Below, piece by piece: positions 1 to 12,900 of a DNA stretch of 64,000 nt. Numbering within the stretch: position 1 is the first letter of the stretch; every line of letters begins with the position of its first letter. The translations under genes were made by a program, and so were the position numbers. The notes beneath the pieces are model-generated. The model was given only the letters and a program-made list of their open reading frames with translations, was not told the origin of the DNA and ran no database searches. This DNA is from Gnetum montanum (Eukaryota; Plantae; Gnetophyta): the NCBI GenBank assembly GCA_015680685.1, contig MNCI01000811.1:507283-571282 (forward strand). The letters are read 5' to 3'.

Positions 1-137
1 GGAAAGGGTAAGAAAATCTAATCTAGCCTAAGTGCGACGAGCAACCGATTCCTTGATCAACCGTACACATCTTGGACTTCGTGCATTACTGCCATTGGGA
101 CTACCAAGCATAGGCCTAAGTACGCCACTAGGATTAC
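1..137 (-). mobile_element. Fragment resembling the Athila-family LTR, cut by an assembly gap
   Basis: CCGTACACATC...ATTGGGACTACCAAGC...ACTAGGATTAC resembles 720-775 and 55760-55830 (LTR of element E). Confidence 0.55.
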
Positions 138-545
138 NNNNNNNNNNNNNNNNNNNNNNNNNNNNNNNNNNNNNNNNNNNNNNNNNNNNNNNNNNNNNNN
201 NNNNNNNNNNNNNNNNNNNNNNNNNNNNNNNNNNNNNNNNNNNNNNNNNNNNNNNNNNNNNNNNNNNNNNNNNNNNNNNNNNNNNNNNNNNNNNNNNNNN
301 NNNNNNNNNNNNNNNNNNNNNNNNNNNNNNNNNNNNNNNNNNNNNNNNNNNNNNNNNNNNNNNNNNNNNNNNNNNNNNNNNNNNNNNNNNNNNNNNNNNN
401 NNNNNNNNNNNNNNNNNNNNNNNNNNNNNNNNNNNNNNNNNNNNNNNNNNNNNNNNNNNNNNNNNNNNNNNNNNNNNNNNNNNNNNNNNNNNNNNNNNNN
501 NNNNNNNNNNNNNNNNNNNNNNNNNNNNNNNNNNNNNNNNNNNNN
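138..545. other. Assembly gap (N run)
   Basis: Run of N. Confidence 1.
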
Positions 546-1196
546 GTTGTATGGTTAAGTAAGTCTAAGGTACATGATTTTTATGTCTTTTATCTTTTTA
601 TCGCTTATGCTAAGAGAGGAAAGGGTGAAGAGACTAAGTTACTAACTTTCACTAACTAAGCTCTAATCATCCTAGCATCAGTATCCATTCCCACTTTCCA
701 TTCACACCCTAAACCAATGCAACGCTACTGGGATTACCAAATGCTATTCATTACTGGGATTACCAAGCGTAACGCACATGCTCGAAGCAGTCGTACTAAA
801 TGCACTTAACTATGAGAGTTGAGGGTTGAGAGAGATTAAGTCCTTAAGAAAGCATTTAAACATTTAACAATAATTAAAGTCCTATTTTGCTTAGTCCATA
901 TGCTGCAAGGTTTATCCAAAAGTTTGTCTTTATTGTCTTACAAAATTGTGTGTTGAGGTACAGAATTGCTCGAATAAAGATCCGTTCACTTTGAGACTCC
1001 TACTGCGGGCACATGGAAATTATTCTAACTCTGGAATGGTAAAATGGCAAGACCTTGGCTAAGGTCTAGATCTAGTTGGAAAAACAAGGGAAAGCCACCT
1101 CTTATTTATAGAACTAATGACGGGCTACGATATTGCGTACGCGATATCGTAGGGGACGACGCGATATCACAGCCCATGCGATATTGTGTCCCATCA
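546..1196 (-). mobile_element. Athila-family LTR (5' LTR or solo LTR; far end lost in the gap) inserted into a Copia RT
   Basis: 546-1020 aligns with 55590-56070 and with the reverse complement of A's LTRs. Minus-strand start is TGATG at 1196, as in A and E. TATA at 1101-1110 (minus). The flank is Copia coding sequence with no PPT. Confidence 0.85.
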
Positions 1197-2290
1197 ATTG
1201 TGTTAAATGGGAGTTTGCTATGAGAGATGAAATGAAGTTACTCCAAAAGAATATGACATGGACATTGACTAAGTTGCTAGAAGGAAAGAGGGCATTGCAG
1301 AATAAGTGGCTATACATGGTCAAGGAAGAACATGATGGCAACAAAAGATACAAGGCAAGGTTAGTAGTTAAGGGTTTCCCATAGAAAAGAGGAATTAACT
1401 ACACAAATATTTTCTCTCTTGTAATAATGTTTACTACCATTGAATTAGTGCTAAGTATTATGGCTACTAATGATTTGCATCTAGAGTAGTTAGATGTCAA
1501 AACTACTTTCTTGCATGGTGACCTGAATTCTATTTTTTGGTTGCTATTGTTCCTTTGTATTCCTTGGAAGTTGAAGGGTCAACCATTATAGAAGTTGAAA
1601 GGTTGACCATTAAAAAAGTTGAAGGGACACTATTTTCTCTCTCTTTTATTTGCATGTTTGATGTATGCTATGATTTGTACAAGACCTAACATAGCACATG
1701 CAATGGGAGTTGTTAGCAAGTTCATCTTTGATCTAAGAAGGGAGCATTGGAAAGTTGTAAACTGGCTCCTAAGATATCTAAAAGGAACTTGAAGTATGAC
1801 ACTTTGTTTTAAAAAGAGTAGCATTACTCTATAGGGTTTTTTTAATGCAAATTTGGGAGGTGATTTAGATAGCAGGAAAAGCACCACTAGTTATATTTTC
1901 ACTATGTGTAGTATTGATGTGAGGTGGATGTCTCAACTTCAAAAGAGTATTGCTCTTTCAACTGCAGAATTAGAATATATGGCTATATTAGAAGTTGGAA
2001 AGGAGATGATTTGGTTGAAGGGTCTTCTAAGGGAGTTGGATAAAACTAGGATAGTAGTGAGCTTTTTAGTAATAGTTAGAGTGCCATACATCTAGCTAGA
2101 GATCTAGTTTTTCATTATAGATCTAAACATATTCAGTTGAGGCATCATCATATCCGTGGGTTGATAGATGATGGGACATTACTGTTGAGGAAGATTCTTG
2201 TGTAAAAGAACCTTGCAGACATGTTGACCAAGGTGGTCATCACTGTTAAGCTAAGGCTCTACATGATCTTAGCAGGCCTCCATGGTTAGT
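1197..2290 (+). pseudogene. Ty1/Copia (Tnt1/Tork-like) reverse transcriptase-RNase H remnant
   Basis: KWEFAMRDEM...KRALQNKWLY...RYKARLVVKGF; LDVKTTFLHGDL; MYAMICTRPNIAHAMGVVSKF; DLDSRKSTTSYIFT...SQLQKSIALSTAELEY; KHIQLRHH; NLADMLTK. Stops and frameshifts present; the YVDD part is missing. Confidence 0.93.
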
Positions 2291-2364
2291 GATGAGGAGG
2301 CACCATGAGTTGATGGTATACATGGGAGAAGCAAGGTTACAAGAGTTTTTTTTTTCAGATCAGT

Positions 2365-2379
2365 CTCCAAGTGGGAGAT
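2365..2379 (+). promoter_or_regulatory. Copia polypurine tract
   Basis: CTCCAAGTGGGAGAT immediately before TGTTGG. Confidence 0.8.
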
Positions 2380-2715
2380 TGTTGGAGTCATGTGATGACT
2401 AATCTGAATTATTAGGTCATGGACTAGTTTTGATTACAGATGATTTCTTTATGTATATTTATGTAACGTTCATGTGGTAACTGATCTGGATTATTAGTTC
2501 ATGGGCTAGTTTCGGTTATGGATGGTTTCTTTATGCATATTTATCTAATGTTCCAAAACTCCCTTGTAATTGTAATTTGCAAAAAATATACAATGAAACT
2601 CTAGTGTAGCTATGAGTGAGTAGCAATCTTGCTGAACCATGAAAATTTTGCGTGTTCTCTATGTGCTTGTTTTTCCTATTCTTGGTCTTTTTTTCACTTG
2701 ATTTGTTTCCTAACA
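2380..2715 (+). mobile_element. Copia 3' LTR
   Basis: Starts TGTTGG after the PPT and ends CCTAACA; contains an internal duplicated unit (ATCTG(A/G)ATTATTAG..CATGG.CTAGTTT). Confidence 0.75.
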
Positions 2716-2725
2716 TAGTACTTTG

Positions 2726-3125
2726 TAGTCCATGAAAATTGGCTTCTAGAAGGATTTTTTCTTTCCAATGATCCAAAATACCAACCATTTTTTGGCTTAT
2801 GGTAGGATTGAATGTGTTTCGGTGATGATTGTATGATAGTGTTGGATGTAGTGCCTCATAGTCTAGGGAAACTAGCTTATAGAGTTGTGTAGACCTTTCA
2901 GTGCTCAAAATGCCAACCATTTTTGACTTCTAGTGGGACCAAATATCTTCTAATGGTGAGTGCATGATAGTGTTGGGTGTAGTGACTCACAGTCCATAGA
3001 AATTGGCTTCTAGAAGGGTATGTGCTTTCTAGTGGCCCAAAATTCCAATCATATATTATCTTTTGGAATTACTGAATGTCTTCTAGTTAGGACTGCATGA
3101 GTGTGTAGGGCTTAGTATCTCAAAG
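2726..3125. repeat. Degenerate ~132-bp tandem repeat, about 3 copies
   Basis: AGTC(C/T)A.(G/A)..AA.T.GCTT.TAGA recurs at ~2727, ~2860 and ~2991, each followed by CAAAAT.CCAA.CAT and G(T/C)ATGA..GTG. Confidence 0.75.
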
Positions 3126-5207
3126 TTTAGTTCAAGGTAGAGTGGAAGCCTTGATGACTATTTTTAGTTGTCAAGAAAGTGGGAACGTAGTTCATCATAA
3201 CCCTTCAATATTTCTAGTTGGTACTTTAAATGGATTGTGATTTAGAGTCAATTGTAGTAAACTACAAATTCCATCGGAAGTTGTAGCACCCTCTGGAAGC
3301 CTTTAAGTAAGTTGAACTACAGGCTACTGGAAGCCTACAATCCTACTTGTAGCCACTATGAGAGCATTGCAATCTACAATCCTCCATAGTCTAGAAGAAA
3401 ATCCTTTGGAATGAATGAGAGCAATAGAAGCTAAAAGCATGAAGATTTCTAGTAGTAAGTGCAATAATTATGCTACACATAGTCAGTCGTAGGGCATACT
3501 ATGACTTTGTTGTGACTCTTAAAATATTCTGTTAAAATGTAACCTATTGTATGTTGCATAGGTTTGCATCCTCTCAAATGAGTGATGTCATGTTCACTAA
3601 TTTGAAATTGATTTTAAATGAGTAGAGAGAACTTAAAACTCTGTTGAAAACTTCATTTTTGTTGATAATCAATGTGGCCACTTTAGCACTATAAAATTTC
3701 TAACCTTTAAGATTTTGAAGAGGAGAGGTATCAAAGATGATATCATTAGTTGGAAGTATAGATAAGGTACACAAGCATCTCGATATTGCAATTTACATCT
3801 TCCATTGTAAGTTGTGTTAATTGGTCTATTTGTTTTGTATAGTGTGCTTTTTTTGTTTGAGTTTGCCAAAATGAAAAATCTTTAATAGATGCGAGGAAGA
3901 TGAGAGCATGCAAGTTTTTGGGAAACAACATGGCAATAAGAAATACAAGACCCACATGTTGCCCATTTTTCAAAAAATGAAATTTGATAGTCCTATTTCT
4001 ATGAGGATGCCTTTACTTAGATATACAAATAAAGAGTGTAGGATTTTATTGAAGACTAATAGAAAAATAAGTTGTTTTGCTATAAATTTTTCTATAGAAG
4101 AAAAGACCAACAAAAATGGTTAAAGAGAACTCACTCTCAAGAAAACCACTACAACTATAGAAAATGTTAGTTTTTTTTTTGTATTCTTTTTGTCTTCAAT
4201 AGTTTACATTAAGGAATATGAAGATTTCAGTTTGTTATATTCTTGTCTAACATCCAAAAAAATATATGTATAAGTTATCATTGTTCATATGGCCCAAATG
4301 TCACCATAGGGATAACACCTAAGGCAATTAGAAAAAGAAATAAGACAGGTAGAAAGATAGGTTATCAATTTCATTTCATAGTTTGCATTATGCATCGCAC
4401 TAATCATGTTGCATGCATTATACATAAAGGAATGAACCATGTAGACACATCAGGAGCTTATTACCATGGCTTGCTAGGTCTCATGATAGACAAAAGAGAT
4501 GCTCAATCAATACATATTTCACCTAAGATACATCATAAGATAGTGTCATTATGGAATGAAGGATTTCCAATAGATCTAATTTATGAGAGGTATATTAAGG
4601 ATCTTTTTAATAAAGGGCAAGAATTCTAGTTATTTCAAAAAAGGAACATGTTTCTTTTAAAAAAAGATATTTATAACATTTGGAAAAATGTAACGTCATA
4701 TTACATGAAAAGCAAGCATGAAAAAATCAGTATGTGGTTGTGGCACGAAACCACCAAAGATTTTTTCTTTTACTATTAAGAAGAGAACATGGAACACTAT
4801 GTCCCAACAATCATTGGGTTGTAGTCACTGTGGATGCTAAAAAAGATAACAACTATATTTCAAAATAGCATCCTTGCTATGGATTCTACCTTCAACACTA
4901 ATAAATATGAAGTAGATGTTAAAGATTATAAAATAACTTTTTATCTAATCAATTTTCTACTAGAAACAAGTCATTAAATTACCACAAATAAATGCTTGTT
5001 TTTACAGCTCCATCTTCACATAATCATGGCTTTTGATACATACTAAAATGGACTCCTTGTAGCATGGATGATCTCCTTTAGCTATATAGAAATAGATATC
5101 ACAACTTAACTATCTAAGTTATTAAGAAGATGCAAGGGTTGAGAGTTGCAATGGACAGTGAATGCTTTCACACTTGATGATTTAAAAGTGGGAATCAATG
5201 TAGTATG

Positions 5208-5685
5208 TGTTGATTCATAAATTTTGTATGTTTAAGGAGACTACTACCTAGGGTGCCTCCTGTATGGGTACGGAAACCTAGGAATAGTCTTAGCTAGAGA
5301 GGGCCATGTGATGTTTCAAAACAAAATAAATCAAATTGAAAAGTTGGGAGAATTCAAATTGAATAACTATCTTGAAATTCAAGACTTCATGAAAACATAG
5401 TAGCTAACTAAAAAAATTTAAACTTTTCCCTAGTCCTTGTTGTTGTTGTTGGTTCATGTTGTCTCATTGTTGTAAACAGTACTGCAATTGATGCTACTTG
5501 TAGCCATTGGGAGAGAGGGAGAGAGAGAGATCTATTTGAGGTTCAACCACCATGCGCCTCATTGTCAGCTATCACACAACTTGCTGTTGATGGTAGAAAA
5601 CCCAGGGAGGCCACTTATTATAGGCTCACCATTGCTAAAGAGAGAGAAAAAAAGAGAGAATCTTGCTACAGTTACTAGTTCGGAT

Positions 5686-5751
<66 letters not shown>

Positions 5752-6399
5752 CACTAGCAACTGTTGTTGTTTGCAGTTGTTGCTAGGAAAAAGTTCCTTG
5801 TGATAGCAAGGATGAAAATCCTACTACGTAGGGATATGTTGTTATTGCTATATTCTTTGTGTGCTACAGACACATTGTTCAAAACCTTTGTTTCTTGGTG
5901 CGCACATTGTTCTATATACCACATGCATCGCCAAAGAGAGGAGAGGCTAGACCTCGATGAAAGAGAGGTTGGGCCCCAATGTGAGAAAGAGGCTAGCCCC
6001 CAATGTGAGAGAGAGGCTTGTCAATTCCTAGATATCGCCTATTGGTGGGAGAGGGGAAGGCCCCTTCTATCTTCTCCCTTTTCTCCTTCCCATTTATAGC
6101 CACTTGTCTGGGTGTTTAAATGCTCACATCCTGCATCAATTGCGCTCACCACTAGGTTGTTACAAAACTTCTATAATGCCCAAGACTACCATGTTGTTGT
6201 TTATGCCACCAATACACATAACTCTTGGCACCACTTGGACATAACTCCCACCATGTTTGCCATTATTACAATGGTTATGTCCATCACTTGGGCCATTACG
6301 TAGCTCCCGTAATGCCCATGACTGCCACAATGAATAATGATACACACATGTGTTGATTATGGCCCCGTGACTATCATGGGCAAGGTTGATACATCAATA
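5208..6399 (-). repeat. 3' LTR of element C
   Basis: Aligns with 6734-7936; the minus-strand PPT-like AAAGTTTAGGGACTAAG is adjacent. Confidence 0.9.
5691..5748. repeat. (GA)29 microsatellite inside the C LTR
   Basis: Pure GA run; shorter homologous runs at ~7248-7271 and ~44067-44100. Confidence 0.97.
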
Positions 6400-6710
6400 C
6401 TTAGTCCCTAAACTTTAATTGCATGCAAGTGGAAGGATAGCAAAACCACAAAAACTTAAAAGGAGACATAGAATATAGAGGACAAAGTTAGGACTCAAGT
6501 AAGGACCACCCAAAATTAGAATTGGAAAAGAAGGTTTAGGATTCTAGTAATGACAATTTTCAAGAAAAAATAAAGTATTTGGAGATAGAGGTTTTAAGAA
6601 AAAAAGAAAAAAAATTCAAGAAGTTCTAAAATAGGACTGAGAAATGAAACATGTATAAGAAAAATGGCAAGAAAAACTGATATGGGAAAACAAAAGGTTG
6701 GAAAAAATGG

Positions 6711-6727
6711 TCCTCCTTCTAGTGCCA
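6711..6727 (-). promoter_or_regulatory. Primer-binding site, tRNA-Asn type
   Basis: TGGCACTAGAAGGAGGA on the minus strand, 6 nt from the LTR end; complementary to the recalled plant cytosolic tRNA-Asn 3' end (...CCCTCCTTCTAGCGCCA). Confidence 0.8.
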
Positions 6728-6733
6728 AAAGGG

Positions 6734-7936
6734 TGTGGATGTATGAATTTTGGATCCATGAACACCTGGAAAAAACTCATTTGAGGAGACTATTGCCTAG
6801 GGTGCCTCCTTTATGGGTACGAAAACCTAGGAATAGTCTTAGCTGGAGAGGGCCATGTGACATTTCAAAACAAAATAAATCAAATTAAAAATTTGGAAGA
6901 ATTCAAATTGAACAACTATCTTGAAATTCAAGACCTCATGAAAACATAGTAGGTAACTAAGAAAATTTAAACTTTTTCCTAGTTCTTGTTTCTACCGTCA
7001 GTTTCTACTATCTTGTTGTTGTGGACACCATTGCAGTTGACATTGCTTGTAGTCACCAAGAGAGGGAGAGAGAGAGATCTGTTTAGTGTTTTACCACCAC
7101 ATCCCTCACCATTGCTTATCACACAACATGGAATTGATGGTAGAAAACCTATGAAGGCCACTTATTGCAGCTTCATCGTTTTCGAAGAGAGAAAAAAAGA
7201 GAGCACACTTTTGTAGTCACCAGTTTGGATCTACATAGAGAGGGAAAGAGAGAGAGAGAGAGAGAGAGAGAATGATCTTGTCACCAACTATTTTCATTCA
7301 TGGTTGCTACTAGGTAGAAGTCCCTTGTGGTAGCAAGGATGAAAACATCGTTGCATAGGGACATGTTGTTACTGCTATCCACTTTGCATGCTGCAGACAT
7401 GTTGTTCATAGCCTTTGTTTCCTAGTGCATGCACTATTCTATCTGTCACACATGCTGCCAGAGAGAGGAGATGCTAGACCTCAATGAAAGAGGGGTTGGC
7501 CCCCAATGAGAGAGAGGCTAGCCCCTAATATGAGAGAGAGACTGGCCCCCAATGTGTGAGAGAGGCTCATTAATTCCTAGACATCGCCTGTTGGTGGGAG
7601 AGGGAAAGACCCCTCCTATCTTCTCCCTTTGCTCCCCCCATTTATAGCCACTTGTAAATGCCCACATTCCATGTCAGTTATTTCCACCACCTAGGTTGTT
7701 ACACAACTTCTATAATGCCTTGGACTAGCATGTCGTCAATTATGCCACCACTACACGTAACTCCTGGCACCACCCAAACATAACTCCCACCACATTTGCC
7801 ATTATTACAATGGTTACATCCACCACTTGGGCCATTACATAGCTCCTATAACACCTAAGACTGCCATGATAAATAATGATACACACGTGTTGATTATGGC
7901 CCTATGCCTAGCATGGGCAAGGTTGATACATCAACA
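6734..7936 (-). repeat. 5' LTR of element C
   Basis: Aligns with 5208-6399; PBS adjacent. Confidence 0.9.
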
Positions 7937-9944
7937 GTATGATAATGCTAAAAACAAATAAATGTTCAATAGAAATTTATAGTTGACTAGAAGATATGAA
8001 GACATCTTAAGTGAACATGCTACGCTGTGTTAAATTTTTAGGTCAGTATTTGGTTATCATGTTTTTCTATGCATTTTGCATGCCTAGAAAGCATGGAGGA
8101 AGAACTTGGTAGCAAATGTTAGAGATTCGACTTTGAGAAAGGCAATGGTTGAACATCTTAACCATATTATGAATGAATGCAAAACTTCTATGGATGTTGT
8201 TGTGAAAATTAATAAGTTCATTGAAAGGTATCAAAACAACTCAAATTTCATCAGTTGCTTAAGGAGCTGGTGAATAAATGAAGATAAATTTTGTGAGTGT
8301 GTAATTAATTAATATTCATTAATTATATCAATAATGATAGATTCTATGTTGTAATATTATTCTTTTATTATGGGCTAAAACATTCCTTTTTCAAGCTTGT
8401 GGGTAAAAGCCTTTTGTGACATTCCACATGCTTAGCAACATTCAAACAATGTTGTAGAGTCCTATCATGGATTTTTAAAAGATATATGGAATCGGAAATA
8501 CCACCACATTAACTGGCTTATATGAACCTTGATAGAAGTACAACTATATTACTAGAATAATGCAAGAGTCAAAACTATAGGATATCTAGTTAATAAGGAG
8601 CATAGAAAATCAACAAGAAGTCATGGGAAAAGGAAATTTTAGATCAGTGATGATAATTGCTTACAAGTGGTGGATAAAAAAGGTGAATATCTTGTGTGAA
8701 GTCAAAATAGTTTGAAAAGGAATAGTTGGTATAGGATGTCAAAGGTGTTTTCTTTAGTATTTATTATGATTACAGATGGTCCAACCTTAATCATTTTTGC
8801 AAAGATCTAATGAAAATTTTTATTTTATTAAAAGAACACACTAGTGCATGCAAGTTCTTCTTCTGAGATGAGTTTTATGATTCTAGAATTCCTTTGGAGC
8901 TAAATTCATTTAAGCCTCATAATTTTCCAAGCCAAGAAGAGGCATCATAATTAGGAATGATACATAAGACCTTGGAATTGACCAATTGAAAATCCAACAC
9001 CAATGGGATACATGATGCTACAACAAATACCAAGGAGAACATCAACAAAAAGACTTGCAATTTAGATGAACCATTGAAAACTAATGAGGAGAATGTAGAT
9101 GCAACCTAAAAAGATAAGATATCTATGTTGAAAAAGGCATTAACAAATTTGACCAAGAATATGCCTTCAGATGAGGAGAGTGTTTTAAAAATAGAAGGCT
9201 TTGTCAAGCATATAAAATCAAAGTTTATGTTCTCAAGAAATCCAGATGGATTGTCTAGTGAAAAAAGCTTAATAGGTTGGACTAGCCCTAAGAAAGATCA
9301 TAAAAGAAAAAATCATAAAGACAGGCCTAGTACTCATAAGTGTGTTAGAAAACTATTCATAGAAGGTAAATCCACCATCAAATTCCAAGGAGTTGTTTTG
9401 AAAAAGTTAGGGATGATTCTTGATTTTATCCTATCGACCTATGTTTTATTTATATCTTGAGTTGAAGATGAACAAGAATAAAACCAAAAGTCAATGTACT
9501 TTTCATTGTAATAAGATATACTAGAAAGCTATGGCTATATAATGGAGACATGTACTAGATTTACTCAATGAAAAGGCTTCCGTGTTTTACCATTCTGATG
9601 TAGTAAATGTTTGTCTGTTTTAAAATTTTAGAAAAGCCAGTAGTGTTACATTTTGGGGGGTGTTGGACCCCAAAAAGAGAATTTTATTAATCAAAAACAA
9701 AATTTAGTACATAAGCTACTTCAAGACATATAGATTGAGGAAAGGAGGAAGAGAAACTGTGTTGACTGAGACTATTATAGAGGAAAGATGTTAAACTTAG
9801 CATTCCATAGGGTGTGGAAATGCATTCTAGAGATCAACCATTCGCTGAAATGTGTGTATCGTTTCCAGGGTGTGGATTGTCGAATGAGAACAAAGGTGGG
9901 AGAAAGAGGAAAAAGGCCAAATGGTGTAGAAAACTGTGACATAA

Positions 9945-12900
9945 TTAGGAGACTTTCTTCTGAAGTGAGGCTTGATGATGGTGATTATTTGGATCTCCGA
10001 TATGACTCCATGGCTGCACTAAGAAAAACAACTGGTTAGCATTCATCTTGAATTTTGGGGCTTGAGATATAATTTGGAAGTGAACATGCTGAAGAATTTG
10101 CATTTTTTCTGAAGTAGTTAGTTGTAAGGAGTTTGAAATAATTGCCTTTTGAAAAAGTGTGGTACATCTACATTTCCAAATAGTATATAAGATGATGGGC
10201 CTAAGGATCTTCCATAGGAAATGAGAGTTTGTGGACCTGGTAGGTAAGAAACCAAACATTACGGCCTCTTGTGTAAGAGTGCATGAGGGAAACACCTTGG
10301 AAGCCCATTCCCATGCAAGCTGAGCAAATGGGCAAAGCCAAAAAACATGGACAAAGGTTTCAGGGTCATTACATAAAGGGCACTTAGGGGAGTGAATCCC
10401 AAGGTATGCTAAACGTTTCCCGATAGGGAGACCTTGATGAAGAAAACACCAAAGGAATTGTTGAATTTTAGGAAGAGTCGGGAGATGCCAAATTTGGTTG
10501 AAAAGAGAGATCCAAAAATCCTCTGATTCTTGTTTATTCCAAGAGCGATTATAGTGTAGAATGACTTCAAAAGACTCGTGTAACAATTGGAAGGGAACAT
10601 GTGGCCGATAAGGAAAATTTTTTGACCCATTAGACCAATAGAGGCCATGAAATATACCTTGGATAGCACCATCTAGGTGTAATGATTGATGAAGAAATGT
10701 ATGTATCTGGTGGAAGTAAAGCCGCATTGCTTTCGAAGCTCCATATAGGTTTTCAAATGCTTCCCAAGAAATCCATTGATTAGCAAGACGAAGATAATTA
10801 AGGGAAATCACTCCCTTTTGGTACCAAATAATGGCTAATCTTGCATTAGTAATAGCAAGAGGGGCAGGGGTCAAGGGTAACCACCAAGGGCAAAGCATGG
10901 GAAGGAGAGTAGGGTTAAGATGGATATTAGACCAATTAATATGATGGTGGAGAACTTGCCAAGCCTTCCATACGCTTTTGAAGACATGGGAACCAGGAAT
11001 GGAGATAGAATGAGGAGAGAAAATCCAATTAATAGGATGGATGTTTTTCCAAAAAGGCTTATGTTTAGGAAAACTTTGATGAAGCCTTAGCTGGAGAAGA
11101 TTTCCAATTATGTTAGAGGTGTCCAGATGTTGCACTAACCACTTAGCAACTAAGGTGAGTCCCTGTTTGTAGGAATTCAATAGACCTAATCCTCCTTTGT
11201 TTCTAGGAAGAGTGACAATGTTTCAAGCAACTTGATGAAAACCTCGTTAGGAATCTTTAGATGACCACATGAAGTCTCGAAATAACCGCTCCAAGTTTTG
11301 ATAGGCTGTGTGGGAAGGAGCCCAGCACGAGGAATAATACACATGGGTAGAAGCACAAATGGATTTACAAACAAGATATTTTCCTGCCAAGGTAAGGGGC
11401 TTAGTCTTCCACTTTTCAGTTTTCTTACGAATACGAGAGATAACTAGCTCCCACAGTGTAGAAGTAGGACCACGAAATCGAAAAGGGATTCCCAAGAGCT
11501 TCATGATCTCATGGTCTTGGATTAATTTCCATGGATAGGTGGGGAGTTTACTATAATTGTTATGAAAACTATATACAGAAGATTTAGACCAATTAATGGT
11601 AGAACCAGAGAGAGAACAATATTGCTCTACTTGGGCTAAAAGACGTTTAACGTTATCGGTTGTATTTTGGATTAGAAAAAAAGAGTCATCAGCAAAATGC
11701 ATATTAAGCAGTTGATGTTGAGGAGAGGAAAAGTGCATGCCATATAGCATACCTGAGTGAATATCGTGGTTAATTTGATGGCAAAGGAAATCCGCAGCAA
11801 TTATAAAGAGATAAGGGGCAGGAGGACAACCTTGTCTTACTGATCTATGAATTACAAAGGGGGCGGTGATGCCAAAGGTGGTGGCTATTCTCGCATTAGC
11901 ATTTGAGAAGAGACATTTCACCATATGAAGATACTTGGAGCCAAAACCGAGTTTTGACATAGTTTGAAGGATGAAGTCCCACTTAATGTTGTCATAGGCC
12001 TTAGCATAGTCCAATTTCATCAAAAGGATGTCTTGGCCATCATCCTTAGCCCACTGCAAACCTTCCCAAGCAGCTACTACATTATCTAAGATATAATGCC
12101 CTAGGACAAATCCGGTTTGTTGAGGGGATATAATTTTATGAAGGAATTTTTTCAAACGTAAGGCTAAGCATTTGGCCCAAATTTTGTATACCACATTAAG
12201 AAGAGTAATGGGTCGCCAATTAGCTATACTAGTAGGGTCTCCTGATTTGGGAAGGAGGCGAATAATCCCAAGATTTAAATTTGGTCCAAGAGAACCAAGA
12301 TGGATAGCCTCTTTAATTACTTGGAAAAGGTCATGGCCAACAAGATTCCAATGCCTCTGAAAAAACTCAACAGGGAAACCATCATATCCAGGAGCTTTCC
12401 CAGAGCTGAGTTTGAAACAAGCATGTTGAAGCTCTTCTTGAGTGATATTAGCATCGAGGATGTGAGACATGGATGAGTCAACTAACCTAGGATAGTTACA
12501 CATAGTGGCCTCAAATGATGAGAGATTCATTGGGGAAGCTATAAACAAGGCTTCAAAGTGCTCCTTAAGGTAAGAGAGTATACTATCATGATCAGTGATA
12601 ATAACACCATCCCTAGAGAGAGTATCTGGGGATGGAATGGAAGGAGAGCTGTTAAGATATTTAAAAAATTCCTTACATTGCTCATCTTGAATCTTCAACC
12701 AAGTAAGTCTACTTTTGATTAAGGCACTGTGGGCCTTGTGGACTTCCCAATATTGGAAAGTGGAGCGAACTTTAGCAAGTTCTTTATGAATGTGAGTATT
12801 AAAGGGTTCTATGGATAACCTTTCCGTAAGATTATTAATAGTTGAACAAATGTTGTTGTATCTTATCTAGAATGAGAGGCCACTTCCTTGCCGAACTTCC

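Larger units (their letters stand above)
5208..7936 (-). mobile_element. Element C: non-autonomous LTR element (two ~1.2-kb LTRs, 334-bp non-coding interior), Tat-type tRNA-Asn PBS
   Basis: Direct repeats 5208-6399 and 6734-7936 with TGT(T/G)GAT...CATCAA(C/T)A termini; perfect TSD GTATG (5203-5207, 7937-7941); PBS 6711-6727; PPT-like 6400-6416. Confidence 0.92.
3860..9460 (+). pseudogene. MULE/Mutator-type transposase with SWIM zinc finger, intron-containing and decayed; interrupted by element C
   Basis: YHCSYGP...FHFIV...HVDTSG..HG (ORF 4243-4629); ILAMDSTFNTNKYE; intron ~4912-5008 (GT...TTTACAG); MAFD...LVAWMI; AF.LDD; VFLCI.HA.KAW; WVKAF.DIPHA.QHSNNVVESYHGFLK (~8398-8480); degenerate SWIM ..W..LNHFCK (~8765-8810). 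Confidence 0.8.

Noticed and set aside
32-562. 176-aa ORF in the track
   Set aside because: Artefact of reading through the N gap
6664-6888. Conserved peptide RRLLPRVPPLWVRK also seen at 44319-44594
   Set aside because: Reflects nucleotide similarity between copies of the same LTR, antisense to the element; no evidence of coding
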